A stretch of DNA of 64,000 nucleotides. Source: Haliotis rufescens. Its lineage: Eukaryota. The stretch's first letter is position 1. The number at the start of each line of letters is the position of its first letter. This document shows, piece by piece, positions 37,719-51,900 of this stretch. The notes beneath the pieces are model-generated. The model was not told the origin of the DNA and ran no database searches. It saw only the letters and a list, made by a program, of their open reading frames with translations. A program made the position numbers and the translations under genes. Location of the stretch: positions 8,060,001 to 8,124,000 of the forward strand of contig NW_025964372.1 in the NCBI RefSeq assembly GCF_023055435.1, in the 5' to 3' direction.

Positions 37719-39580
37719 AAGAGTTGCGTTCCTTATTTGTTCCAGGCTCAGCTGGTTGTAGTTCGAATCCCAGATTCGCCCTGAGTATAAGCTTTGGCCT
37801 GTCCGCACAATGTCTCTGATGGTTTAAGCGAAATGCCTCCCTTCGGTCTTTCCATCCTCGTCAGGCTAACCCGTCTGGAAACACTTTTCAATGGAGCCCT
37901 AAATCTAGCTCACTGATTGATATTGTAATACAACTGGAACTGGTGTCCACATTTCTAGTTATTTTTATAAGTAAGAACCAAGGAGCATGTCGCTTCTTAA
38001 CGTATTTTCAAAATAAATAGAATTACTTGTAGTGTACATGGACGAAACTGAACGAGCCATACGTGCTTACACCAAGTATTACTCATACCCATGGGTTGAG
38101 ACACAATATTGTAAGTGAAATGTTTTCTACAATACATAACGCGTTGAATATACAACACTGTATCATTAAGTTATTTAGGAATTATTTGTAAACATAAGAA
38201 TAGGTACTGAAAGATAAATTGATAACAAATAATATTGGCTGAGTAATTTATACCTGTCCAAACTGAAACTGCATAGGTCGTGCGTGATATTCGTCTTCAT
38301 CGGCGTTCCGACAACAGTTCACATATTCTTCCTGTTTTATGAGTAAGTGAGTGATTGTGATTTTACGCCACTTTTAGCAATATTCCAGCAATATCACGGC
38401 GGGGGACACCAGAAATGGGCTTCACACATTGTGCCCATGTAGGGAATCGAACCCGGGTCTTCAGCGTCGCGAGCGAACGCTTTAACCACGAGGCTACCCC
38501 CCTCCCCCCCCCCCCCCCCTGGTTCATGAAATAGCATCATACACATACAGTGGGTCTGCTAATTATGGTATTTTTGTTACACCAGGATATGATGCATAGT
38601 AGTTATTTATCAAAATCGAAATGTTTTTGTGAACCCGGAATACGTCTATTTACAGGCGGTTTGTGCATGTTCTCTCCATTGGTTACTTTGTGCCATCTCC
38701 ATGGTATAACAACGGGTAGCCACTGAAGAAAAACACTGTGTTATGACTTAAAGATATTATATTGTCGAAAAAGTCCCAATAACCAGGATTAATTGACGTG
38801 AATAATGTGGGTTATTTCAGAATATCGCTTTGGTGGAACCCGCGAGCACAGAGATGCGTCACAGAGACCAAGGGTCAGAATCGGAGGTCATCCAGGGTTG
38901 GAACTTACGATCAGTGGATCCATCTTATGATGAAAGTATAGCGTCGACCACTTGTCCACGCGCACCCCTTCTCACATGGAACATATATTAGTTTTCATCA
39001 TACTATGTACATTTGACATGGGCCGCCTCCGCGGTCTAGTGGATAGAGTATCCGCCCGGTATTCATGTCAAACAGCGAAATGGTATTCAGTGGGATAGCA
39101 CTATGAAGTCGGCATTAGTCCTGGCTAGTACAAGCATCCACACAAACACACACACGTGCATGTACGTCGCTATATCAGTGCAATAATCACATGTCTGACA
39201 TGACATTGTGTTTCTTTTGCCAAAGACCATTAACAACATTTCAAGTCGATACAGCTTATTGGTTAAGAGTTAACAATATTCAAGACACATGTTGTTTTAT
39301 GTATCTTAATCCAAGTAATTCTGACCCGGACGCCAGGGTCAAAGGCAGCCATCAACGCGGAACTCAAGCAGGAAATACCAATGCTTTCATCTGAAATAAT
39401 ACGTGATCGTGTCGTTCAGTTCGCTATCGGTAACTGTTAAGTTTTACGACGATGATATTTTAACATTTTCAGTTGTCTAAGCATGAATCAAACAAATAGT
39501 CGATGCACTTACTGGTATTCTGCACTATGCAGGCTCAGATAAGAACCCAATGACCACGAAGGTTATTCAGTTTGTATTAA
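37719..39580 (-). pseudogene. Decayed LBP/BPI-like gene, best-preserved copy (ATG 39390; exon-2 donor 38254; exon 3 37719-37874)
   Basis: DPGVRVRIT-GLRY; exon 2 ends ..CSFSLD-AG|GT (phase 2); exon 3 starts RVSLTRMERPKGGISLKPS; truncated by the CMC remnant. Confidence 0.45.
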
Positions 39581-42500
39581 AGGTTAATTGTATGACAATG
39601 TACCAAATGATCTGTCCCCAATATCTAGAAAACAAATTGATTTACTCTCACTTTACTCTCATAGTTTAGTTCAGCTGGAATTGGTTGGGGAAGGGCACCG
39701 TAGCCCATATACAGGCAAACTGTGTCTGAAGTGTGTGACAGATGAAGCATCGGGTAATTACTAGAGTTCACATTATAGAGTAGTGGCCAGACCCTCATAC
39801 CCCTCCCCATAGTAGAACATAGCAAACTTAGATTTTCCTTATGTTTTTGTATGTTTTTGTACTAGAAAATGGTGGTTGTGGTCAAATGGGTTGGTGGCAG
39901 ATACAGTCAAAATGCACTTTTCTGTTGTAAAAATGGAGAAAACCCAAACATAGTCCCACTGAAGTCTAGTAGACTGGAATTATTATTATTTGTTAAAATA
40001 TAGCCTCTCGCAAATTGAGTTATTAGTAAAAATATTTTGCTCTATTTTCATTTTTCAACTATTGGAAAAAGAACCGAAATGAATTATTAGTATTATCATC
40101 CAAGCCATTTGATATCTCAAAATGAGCCGACACGCCTTATGATGAGATGGCAGTGTTCATATTACACATAATCGTTATGATTTAAAAAAAATAGTAACAA
40201 AATGTCAAAATGTGCATTTGTTGTATTCACATTGTTAATTTCATTAATAATGGATTTATACAACACATACCTATCACCGTTTGCAAATACCTTTTCTATA
40301 TAGGATATTATTATATAAATCAATGATTATCTAAACCACCGAGGAAGGTCAATGTCACTTTGAAGGTCAAGTTCTAAATTAATACATAAATTCATAAAGA
40401 TGCTACAAATGCACATACAACTATCATTACTGGTCCTGGGTATGCTTGGTAAAGATCTATAGAATATACGAGGAAACAAACTAAACATGTGCACAACCAG
40501 ATCAAAATAACTGCTGCCCCTTAGAGAACATATATATTTACCTGTGAGAACAAGACAGTAACAAGATAACAAAGGTGGAAACAAGGGAAGCCAACAGTTA
40601 ATTGGCTCTGATAGGTGATTAGCAATGGACAAATTGAACCGTATACAGTCTCCGAGCCAATGGCAGAGGCACCAGCAGCGCAAGTCCCAACCCCAGAGGA
40701 TGTATATTCGAACTGTGTCCACCAATACATTGGATGTACCCTGAGATCCCTCAACATCTGACTCTATTGCTATTACCTATCAGTGCTAATTACCCCCTGC
40801 CTCCCGTTTGCCCCTTGTTCATTGCCTATTTCCAACCAGTGATAAAGTCCTGCTGTCATCTATCAGCGCTTATTAACTGTTGGCTTACCTTGTTTAGTTT
40901 CCACCTTTGTTATCTTATTACTTTTGCTGTTCCTGCAGGTACATATATATGTTCTCTGCTTCATAGCATTAATTCGACTTCAAATGTAGTCAAAAGTAAC
41001 AAAAAATGAATATGATCGAGATGTAACCGAGAAATATCTGTACTCATGCCATAGAACAATATTGTGGTTATGTTGCCATGTGCCGTCCCAAACACACTTC
41101 TGAACTTGTTCACGGAAGACGTAATTAAAAATTAACATATCGGTTTTTACTTTCCACAAAAAGCAGTAAATGCACAATGGTGTCACTGGACTATCTATCT
41201 GGTACATTACTTGACGTTTGGTTTCTTTAAAGACAACTGTTGCATGGAAGGCAACATACAATTGTATGAGTGGCATGTGTTACCGGTAGGGCAGGACAGT
41301 ACCTTTTTTCACTGATTTTCAGCGATCTATTCATATCATTTTTCGCTTTGGCTGTTTTGGCTTTTACGCCCAAGGGAATCTGTATTTGCGGACAGTCGAG
41401 CCTGGTTGTTGACATTTTAAAACTTTAAAAAAATATTTTGTTCTGTTATGTTCTGCAATACTGAATTTTAAGGGTCGTGTCTATAAGATGTTACCACATT
41501 TATATACTGTAATAATGTGTTAGGTTTTAAACATACTTAGCTTTGGATAAATATCGCTGAAAGGAACAAAACAATATTTGTGTGTTTTAACTCTACACGT
41601 TAATGACATTTATCACATGTCAGGGGCTCAATATCCCAAAATATCAACATGCTTTGAACATAACATGTTCATGAAAAGTGTGGAATATAGTTATGGTGCC
41701 ATTCATTAGTTACCCCCTCCCGCTCGCGAGTCACCACGAGGTACGTCTGGAATAGTCAGAAGAGAAATGTCAACTGTTGTGCGATGTCCAATCGAAACAC
41801 ATTTAGACATTAACTACTTGATTATCTGAATATTTCATCGCTTTGCTTTGTGAAATACAGCAGCAAGCAAGGATTGTAGAAATGTCCATATTTGATCGGA
41901 CATGTTTAAGCTCTTGCTTGGTGTTGATGTTGTCGTATTGTAAGCATCCCAGAGCATGATATACCAAGTACCAAAACTGTTTAAACGGTTTAGAGGGTTA
42001 GAGAGAGGGTTGGGTGGGTCGGTGGAGTGTGCCCACCTCTAATATGAAGACAGAGATCATATTATATGACTAAACATTAGCTGAGATACTGATAAGGATA
42101 AGATCTTATGGAAATTGTTTGAACTCACATTCTTGTGTAGATTAACGATACAGCATAATTGCACTGAGCTGAGTTAATCTGGACTAGGTATTCTCTGTAA
42201 TTTATTTGTAAGTGAATCGTGAAAGGCAGTTACACGCTGGTAAGTGTGATCTAGAACATTGTGAAACATGATATTCTTATGGTGATGACCATGGTGATGA
42301 AATTCAAAGAAGACAGCTTTCTCAACATTGCTGACACCTATAGAAGATGCTTTCAAGCAACACATGTTGAGAGCCATGTTTCAGACGACAATATGGCTGC
42401 AGATATATCACTCATCTCACCTGCAGTGACAGATCACATGTCATTTGAACCTGAGGCTTGAGTGACAGTTCAGTAGTGGCAGAGACTATATGTATCTTAT

Positions 42501-45361
42501 ATACTGCATTGTGAAAAATAATGGATTTGGTAAAGAGTTTCTGACAATATTGAAGCAGTTGCATATAAGTGTTTGTTTGTTTATTTGTTTGTTGTTTAAC
42601 GCCGCACGCAGCAATGTTCCAGCTATATGACGGCGACCTGTAAAATAATCGAGTCTAGACCAGACTATCCAGTGATTGACAACATGAGTATTGATCAATG
42701 CAATTGTGATACGATAACATGCATCAACCGAGTCAGCGAACCTGACCACCCGATCCCGTTAGTCGCATCTTACGACAAGCATAGTCGCCTTTTACGGTAA
42801 GCATATGAGTACTTCACATTGGCACTTCAAAGTAAGTCAATATGATCAGCAATTATAGTACATAGTACAGGCGATAATTATCTTATATATGACAATAACA
42901 CGCTAGATATAGTTCCTTGTCGAAACCCAAATTTTGACATTTAAGGTATTCATACATTCCAAGTGAAGACGACCATGGTCTTGGCGGCCATCTTGGAGGC
43001 CATTTTGTCCGCCATATTGGATAAATCAAATTTCTCAAGCTCATATATGTAAGATACTTAAGCAATTCATTTGTTCAAATAAACACATTGGTGTACAAGA
43101 ATGTTAGTGTTGTCATAGTAGTTTTTAAAGTATGTTATTATTTGTTGTTTCCTTCACAGGATGGGGGTCCGAATCATATTTACTAAATTTTCATACGTTA
43201 TATTATACCTACATTAATTGTGGATATTATTGTAAGTTCCTTAAACATTCAGGCAGATTTTGAGATATGACACGACATGGTTGTCAATATGGAGGTAACA
43301 TTACCTTTAGTTTTGGAATATTTTGAAAATTGAGTAATTTGTTCCTGTTTTTGACACATTTTGGCCCATAACTCGACTTTGATAATTTTGCTAATTATTC
43401 ATTTGTAGGTTTCCTAAGTCAGCACACTGATTTTGTTTATAAAATGAACATTGCAATATGCAAACTGACTTGTTTAGACACAATTATGCATTTTACCACC
43501 TAAATACATGTCTGCCACCAAAAGAAATCAAAGAAAAATATGTTTGTCCTTTGTTCTACTGTGATGAGGGGTTACTCCTTAAATAAGCCTCGTTTTAAGG
43601 GTTGGCCGCTACTCTATTAGTAAGCCACCCTTCTCGCCCTCTTTCCCTCTCTTATTCACTCACTCTCTCACGCATAGCCTACTCAACTGGGCTGCCATAT
43701 GTCACTGGGCTGTATGTTGAATGTAAGCTGTACGTGTATCCAGATAAGTCCTATGTCACTTGACTGAATGTGGAATGTAAGATGTACGTGGATCAAATAA
43801 GACATACGTCACTGGGCTGCATGTGGAATGTAAGCTGTACGTGTATCAAGATACGTCCTATGTCACTGGACTGCATGTTGAATGTGAACTGTACGTGTAT
43901 CAAGATAATAAGTCACGAGTCACTTGGCTGCGTGTTGAATGTAAGCAGTACGTAAATTAATGTAATAATGTTGTAAAATCTTTGAGCTCTGCCTATATTT
44001 CTTTTGGGTCACATTACTGTCTGCGATTTGTCTTCAGTTTATCATGAAAATAATCTACATTTAAATACAAGTTGAAGTGCGAAATTACGCAGTGGGACCA
44101 GTGACGTTCAGTTTTAATTTATGAATATTAAATAAAAGTATTTATCAAACAAGGACATACACATGACATTTGTACTTTTGTTAAATAATTTATAAAAAGC
44201 AAAAGCATATTTCACATTTAAAATATGCTAAAATTATCAATGTAATTTTGTTCAGTAATTGATACCCAGTTATTATATATTAAACAACTGCTTTCCCGAA
44301 ATATTATATATTACTCCTATTTCCCTTTCATTCACAATCCCATAGTAGTCATAGCATCTTTTATTATAGCAGCAAAATCTATACATATAGGATATATTTA
44401 GGATTTTACGAAAAGCCTTCCCCTCCCCCAAATAGATGCGTATAAACTAGTGACCTTATAACAACCATTGGCGAATCCTACATTTACGTGTTATGTTATA
44501 AGGGAAATTATTACTGCTTATACTGCACAATGATTATGCCACTAAACCTGGAGCCAAATTTATGCATGTATTTATTCCTATTTCAATATTTCCATGAAAG
44601 ATGGGTAGGTATTTCTCTTGTTGTGGTGTCAAATTCACAAATCACTGCAGTATCAATACAGAAAAAAACCTACATGACATAATCCTACTCATTGTTTTCA
44701 TCACATAATTGGGACCTTTAGTAAAACTTTACAACGTGCGATGGAAGGAGGTTCGTGTTGTGTGTCGTAACCGGTTCCACTATTGGTATAAGCACCAACC
44801 TTTGCGCATTTGCAGATACCTGTAGACGGGAGTCAAGTTAAAGATAATCGTATCTCCATCGTTGAAGAATTCGAACTGAATCCCAAGCCATCTTACAATC
44901 GTGCAAAGATCGGTTTGTGCAAGTGGAATAGGACAGTTGTATGGTGGCTCTAAAGTTGATCTTCGGCGCCTAAGATCGCTTGTAACTAAGATTGCTCTGT
45001 ACATGTGGGCCCACGTGTTCATATACATGCACACAGAGCATAACGAAAGCGTGAAAGAACGGTATAAAGCCAAACTGTAGTGGCGTTAGCTGGAGACACG
45101 CCAGTCTGCGGTCTGTGTCGTGTTGGGAATCGGCGGTCCGGGTTACAGTTCGTCTCCCAGGCCTATCCTTATGGATATTTTGCCATTGTGGATGCGCCTG
45201 TTTTTACATATAGTGCCCTATGGCGGATTGTATGTACCTTCACAATGAATTCCAATAGGCCCATGGCTGGACTCTCCAACATCAGAAAGATAAATAGAGA
45301 CTTGTAACATATTTATAGACTTTATGATTGAGTGTGTGAGTTGTTATTAACGCCGCTTTGA

Positions 45362-45644
45362 GTGAGTGAGTGAGTTAGTTTGTCTTAACGCCGCTTTTAA
45401 CGGTATTACAGTTATATCACGACGTGTCAGCTTAATGTGGGAGGAAAGCCCGAAGTGATGCAGGTCTCAGACGTTTACCACTTCGGTGAAACCCACGAGC
45501 ACGGGTATGGTGCTGACAAACCTAGAAACATAATCGGGGCGAACCGGGATTCGAACCCACAATCATAGGTTTCTGGCATGCCCAAGGGACGCAACTCTGC
45601 ACAGCGAATCGCGGCGCCTAAGACGACTGGGCCACCCGTGCCCC
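45362..45644 (-). mobile_element. Young full-length SINE nested in an older copy of the same family
   Basis: 12-bp TSD ACGCCGCTTTGA (45350-45361, 45645-45656), (ACTC)n tail, A box TGGCCCAGTCG, B box GGTTCGAATCC. Absent from the paralogous site ~28175. Confidence 0.9.
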
Positions 45645-45999
45645 ACGCCGCTTTGAAGAGTATTTCAGCTACATCACGGCGTGTAAGCTTCTTGTGATCA
45701 GAAAACCCAAAGTGATGCAGGTCTCAGACGTTTGCCTCTGTGGTGAAACACACAAGAAACATAAGACTAGAAACATAATCAGGGTGAATCTTGGATTCGA
45801 ACCGACGATCAGCGGTCTCTGGTCACAACTCTGCATAGCGAATTGCAGCTTTTAGACGAAAGACGTCGTGATGAGTTAATTTACAGTTCAAAGCGTCATT
45901 AACTCATTGAAATAATGAGATGAAATATAAATATAGAGCACATGGAGTTTATTTACTCATATTGTTGTCAACTAGATCTCGCTGTGTAGGTCAGTCTGT

Positions 46000-48900
46000 T
46001 TATGCCACTGCGTAAAAGAAAATAGGAATATCAGTTAAAAGGTATGTGTCAGTGTATCTTGTTTACAAAAAAACCCACATCAAATATGATAAATTTGATT
46101 GTGGATTCCACAATTTGTAAAGATAGTTTTATGTTTACGTTTTTGAAACAAAGAAATTGTTAAAAATTATATTTTAGACTTGAATTTATGGACACTTCTA
46201 TACAAATAAACTTGTATTACCGGATCCATATCGTTTACTAGTATATGTGCGAAGCTCACCTGGCGATGATGTGAAGGACATGTAGAAACCTTCCCTTTGC
46301 ACGGAGCCGTCAGATGTGAAGGTGATCACAAAGGTTCCATCAGATTCTGAGCAGCAATAAACATAAAGTTACTGGAAGTACTAATACAGGTTTTACAGAA
46401 AGAAATTCATATGTGAAAGTATGCTAGGTTAAGCGTTTTATTTTTAATCTTAAAATACGTCAAAGTAACTAAAACTGTTTCTATTTTAGTGTTTCTTGTT
46501 CATCAGTTGTTTCAAGGTCACGGAAAGCAGAAATGATGAACATGTAACAGAAATTACAGAGGTGGAAAGTGAGCTACACTCACGGTATGTCTTGCTGCCG
46601 GGGCTGCTTCCACACAGTCTGTCTTCGCCCATGGTGACGGCGTCGTACATGCATCTGCTTGCACTCTCAATGTCAAATTCCTCGAAGGTGAAGTGGAGTT
46701 CAGCTGGCGTGGGAGTGTTGATGGTGTATGTGCATGCCATGTTGGGACTGTAGCCACCAGGGGGGGTTGCGAATGACCCGGATGTACCATTGATCACAGC
46801 ATTACAGTACTCTGAATTCGATAAAAAGGCAGAACACCCTAAAAGTAGTTTCATGTCCTTAGTTTAGTGTCATTGACCAGACGAAACTGAGCTTGGGATC
46901 TTGGGGTCAAACAAGTGTCTCTCCTGTTAATGAGGGCTTGGGGTTATTAAAAGTGCAATGCCAAGGAGGAAAGCGGAATAATGCTTGTGAGGTGATATTC
47001 GCCTGTTTGGCTGAGATGAAATCAATTTGAAAGTTCGTCCAACAATTCATTTTAAAATGATCACAATATTTGTTCATCTGAATGGTCTCTGGGGCATGAT
47101 ACAATGATAAATATACGTTAATGTAAATGGTTTATTAAGTATGTGATGCGAAGGTTGTACTTGCCTACTTCAGTCTGGTAGTCGAAGGCGAAACCGAGAC
47201 CCGAAACACTCGAATCACTGACGAATGTCATGGCGAGGAGTGGCTCTGCGTTAGAGTCTGGATTATAGAAATCTTTATCAGAAAACAGAGGAGTTGAATT
47301 TATAAAAGTGATGTGAAAAATCTTGTTTCTGTCATCTCAAGTATACCAATATAAGGGCGGGGGACACAAATATGCATATGCTAAAAGGCGATATCAGAAG
47401 ACACATGCATAAATGTACTAATGTACCTGTGTTAACATTGATATTAACACTTGCAGTGTGCTTACATTGCTTCACGAAGGGACTTCTGTTGTTTCCACAT
47501 AGTGTGTCGATGGTGTTGTTTCCAAGCTTCACTGACAGGCTGTCGTAACGACAGTTGCTATTATATTCAACATCAAAGCGTGTGAAGTTGACCGTGGTCA
47601 CGTGGGGAAGAGCAGGTGAATATAGATTGATGCGGCACTCTTCGTTGTTTGCGTAGAAACCATCAATACCAGTTGCCAGAGATATTCTGCCTTCGAGGGA
47701 GGCAGTGTCGTAGTTGCAGGCTGCAATGAGAGATGGGAACTTGCATCATTATACACGTTTGCCAACTCTCAAATCAAGTAACTTTGGGGACAAACTCTTG
47801 CTCTGGTCATCTATGTTTTCCTTGGGCTTTTCCACTAAATAAAGTTGACGTCATGCATGTAACAGCACAACTGAAGGCAGAACTGCGAGTTTCTTTCCTC
47901 TAAAAATAACACATGAGTCACAATGTGTGGGATATATTGACAAGGCCCAAATCCTGTGTCATAAATATGGAAATTATTATGAAAGTATAAATAATGATAA
48001 AAACACACAAAAACCGTTTACATGACTCACAGGTTGTTTATGATCATAATAGTATTGAGCTGGAACCGTACAACTTCAAGCTTCCATAAAGAACTATACC
48101 CTGATCAAGGAATTAAACTTTGTCCCGTGTTTGTAGGAAAATGCAAATAATATGCATTTAGAAAATCATAACATAGCGGGTGGCGTTTGTTCAACAATTT
48201 GTTCCTTTTTAATATTTCAGTTGCTGAAACCAAATTCCTCTTCATCTTATAAGCGACGTGACACCAACATATTTACAAGACCCTACTGCCCCCATCAACT
48301 AACTATTTAACAGCTAAATGTGTCCATCAAAGCTCCACATATTTAGACGATGAATTTCCTTTTCAGATGAAGGCTTTATTTGTGTGTAAAATGACAATGA
48401 CCTACCATATGTTGTTTCGTCGGAAGGTTCCACGGTTGTGTTGCTTTGTGCGACTGTCGTGTTGCTTGGTCCGACTGTCGTGTTTCCTGGTGCGACGGTC
48501 GTGTTGCCTGGTGCGACTGTCGTGTTTCCTGGTGCGACTGTCGTGTTGCCTGGTGCGCCTGTCGTGTTTCCTGGTGCGACTGTCGTGTTGCCTGGTGCGA
48601 CGGTCGTGTTGCTTGGTGCGACGGTCGTGTTGCTTGGTGCGACGGTCGTGTTGCTTGGTGCGACGGTCGTGTTGCCTGGTGCGCCTGTCGTGTTGCTTGG
48701 TGCGACTGTCGTGTTGCCTGGTGCGACTGTCGTGTTGCTTGGTGCGACTGTCGTGTTGCCTGGTGCGACGGTCGTGTTGCTTGGTGCGACGGTCGTGTTG
48801 CTATGTGCGACTGTCGTGTTGCCTGGTGCGCCTGTCGTGTCGCTTGGTGCGATGGTCGTGTTGCCTGGTGCGACGGTCGTGTTGCCTGGTGCGACTGTCG

Positions 48901-51900
48901 TATTGCTTGGTGCGACGGTCGTGTTGCCTGGTGCGACGGTGGTGTTCATTGGTGCGACGGTGGTGTTGCTTGGTGCGACGGTGGTGTTGCTTGGTGCGAC
49001 GGTCGTGTTGCCTGGTGCGACGGTGGTGTTTCCTGGTGCGACGGTCGTGTTGCCTGGTGCGACTGTCGTGTTTGCTGGTGCGACTGTCGTGTTGCCTGGT
49101 GCGACGGTCGTGTTGCTTGGTGCGACTGTCGTGTTGCTTGGTGCGACGGTCGTGTTTCCTGGTGCGATGGTCGTGTTGCCAGGTGCGACTGTCGTGTTGC
49201 TTGGTGCGACGGTCGTGTTGCTTGGTGCGACGGTCGTGTTGCCTGGTGCGACGGTCGTGTTGCTTGGTGCGACGGTCGTGTTGCCTGGTGCGACGGTCGT
49301 GTTGCCTGGTGCGACGGTGGTGTTGCTTGGTGCGACGGTCGTGTTGCTTGGTGCGACGGTCGTGTTGCTTGGTGCGACGGTCGTGTTGCTTGGTGCGACG
49401 GTCGTGTTTCCTGGTGCGATGGTGGTGTTGCCTGGTGCGACGGTGGTGTTGCTTAGTGCGACGGTCGTGTTGGCTGGTGCGACTGTTGTGTTCAGAGATG
49501 TTCCATTTTCTTAAGTAAAGTAAAATGTAAAGGAAAAAAGATAAAAAGACTCAAATATAACTTGTGTGTGAATACATACACACAGTAATGAGTCATGAGA
49601 TGACAAAACACATATCTTCAATGATCTTCGTATTCAGAAGTCTGTTATTTAATGGTAAATCTTCTGACAACGTTTTGACGAACTCACGAACTCGATCATA
49701 TATCTTTTTCATAGCCACACATTCAGAAGTGTATCGTACCCATCATGATGTTGAAGCGAGCCACAAAACCTCTGCTTGTCACTGAACCGTCAGTGACAAA
49801 TCTCAGCACAACCTCACCAGTTTCGTTCACTGTAACAGAAACAGTGGAACCTATTGACAAGAGACCCAAATCAAAATAAATATCTAGTGAAGGTTTTGAT
49901 TTCATGTAGTGCGTTACTACGACGTTGAACTCTCATTTGATATTGACCACTTCTCTGAGCTTACCTTGCCTCCCGTTAATGGTACTTCCACACCATCTTC
50001 GTCCACCATTGATCCGAACATAATCGTAGGGACATCCATTACCGCCCTCGAGGTCGAAGGTGGTGAAGTTGAAGTGAATACTGCTGTTCCTGGGCACATT
50101 GAAGACGTAGCTGCAGTTGAGGTTGTTCTGGTAGTCCTCCCCTGTACCAGGCAGGCTCTGGATCATACCATGGTCAGCCCGGGTAGAGAAGGTGCAGTTG
50201 CGATGGCTCCTGGGAACACCCACTAAAACACAAAGATAGGCTTCTATCAGGGGAAGACAGCAGAATAGTCTTGTAGCATGTATGTTTGCATGTTGTCATT
50301 CAATGCATGGGACATGGACGACGACATCTCGTCAATTCAGAATACAGTCATATCATAAATTACTCGAAATAAGTCTGATGAATTCATAAAAATCCGTACC
50401 AAGAGGGAAATATAGCATGGCCTAGGAAATGCATAACCGAATCTCTGTCATAAATGTGAAATGTTGGACTTTCTCATACATGTATAAAATATCTGTGTGA
50501 AATGTAGACAAGTAGTAGGCAACCCCATGGGTACCAGTTGTCCTCGAAATTACCTCATCTGTTTTTAATGCATACGAGTCAGGATTTATGCTCGGGTATA
50601 TAACTTACGCTTCAGGTATATTAATGATTTCATATCTTTGAATAATTGTCAAATAACCAATTACCAATTACCTGATTTGCTCACCAGAGCCGGAAATAAT
50701 AGATACCAGTGAAACCGCTACATCTGTTTTATATTTAGATATATGCATAATCAGTAATCACAATACTACGATACGAGCGAGCAATATTACAATGTTTATC
50801 TCCATTTCTCAATCAAGCATGCTCTTTCTCCTAAGATTTTGAAGAGCGTCATACGACTCTTGCTCAAAGGTTTTTTTTTCAGGGTTAATACAGTCATGGC
50901 ATCAGTAAAACTTTCAAAAGTTTTATGGTAGGATATCTAAAAAAATGATGTTTGATGCAATTCCTTATTTCAGTTGTATCATATGTACCTGTTTGTTTCA
51001 GATGAGCATATGACTTGTCTTTGCATGTGTTTGTGATGGTGTCAGTCGGTTACGCTCATCTGTTCGTTAACACCTAGTATCCTCATTATTTGGAAGTGGT
51101 TCATAAACACATGCTTATGATATGATCGGAATCTCACAATGGGCTTATCGTTATGGAAAAGTTGTTTTTTTTCATTCAAATAAATATTCAAATGCTTTCC
51201 TGTCCGCTCCGTGGTTCAACGTATTACTTAAACCCACTGACGAAAAGCTGGTCGGGAAGAGTAGTTGTCACGATTTGTGCCTTCATTTTCGATGAGACAA
51301 AGTTCAGAGAAAGGGAAAAGTTTCTTGTTTCATATATAGCCTTAAAATCAACTATGAAACTATATTTACGAGATTCATTTCCGGTGGTTTCGGGAGAAGA
51401 TGTTGCATTCAGGGAAGGCGAGGCTGTCACGTTCAAGGACGGAGCGGTGCTGTAATTCAGGGAAGGCGAGGCTGTCACGTTCAAGGATGGAGTGGTGCTG
51501 TAGTTTAAGGCTGGCAGAGAACTATTTTCTTCGGATACTGTATCCATGAAAACAAATTTAGAATATATTGGAATTTGACGTCATACCTTTTGCATACAGA
51601 AAAACGATGGAAGTTGAAATTTGTTTTGCGTTCTTAAACCAATACAGTATGTACATACCTGGGAGAGTGATATATAAGACATTGATGCCACGACCAACAA
51701 TAGAGGCGTCACTATGGAAACACAACTGGAAACTGTCCGTACTGTTGACTGAAAAACCAACATGGTACAATCAATCATTATTAAGTAAGTTGCTGATTGG
51801 AGTATAATGCAAGATGTCTATTTAGTGTTGTTGCAATGGTGAGTCTTACAGCACATGACAAACCGGTAGATTGATAGGTCTGTGTAAGGTTTCTATATCT

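Noticed and set aside
48367-49518. Long + strand ORFs (LVRRSCC)n, (ATVVLPG)n, (CDGRVAW)n, also at 30919-31408
   Set aside because: Antisense shadows of a stop-free 21-bp repeat; splice sites and context support only the minus-strand NTTVAP frame.
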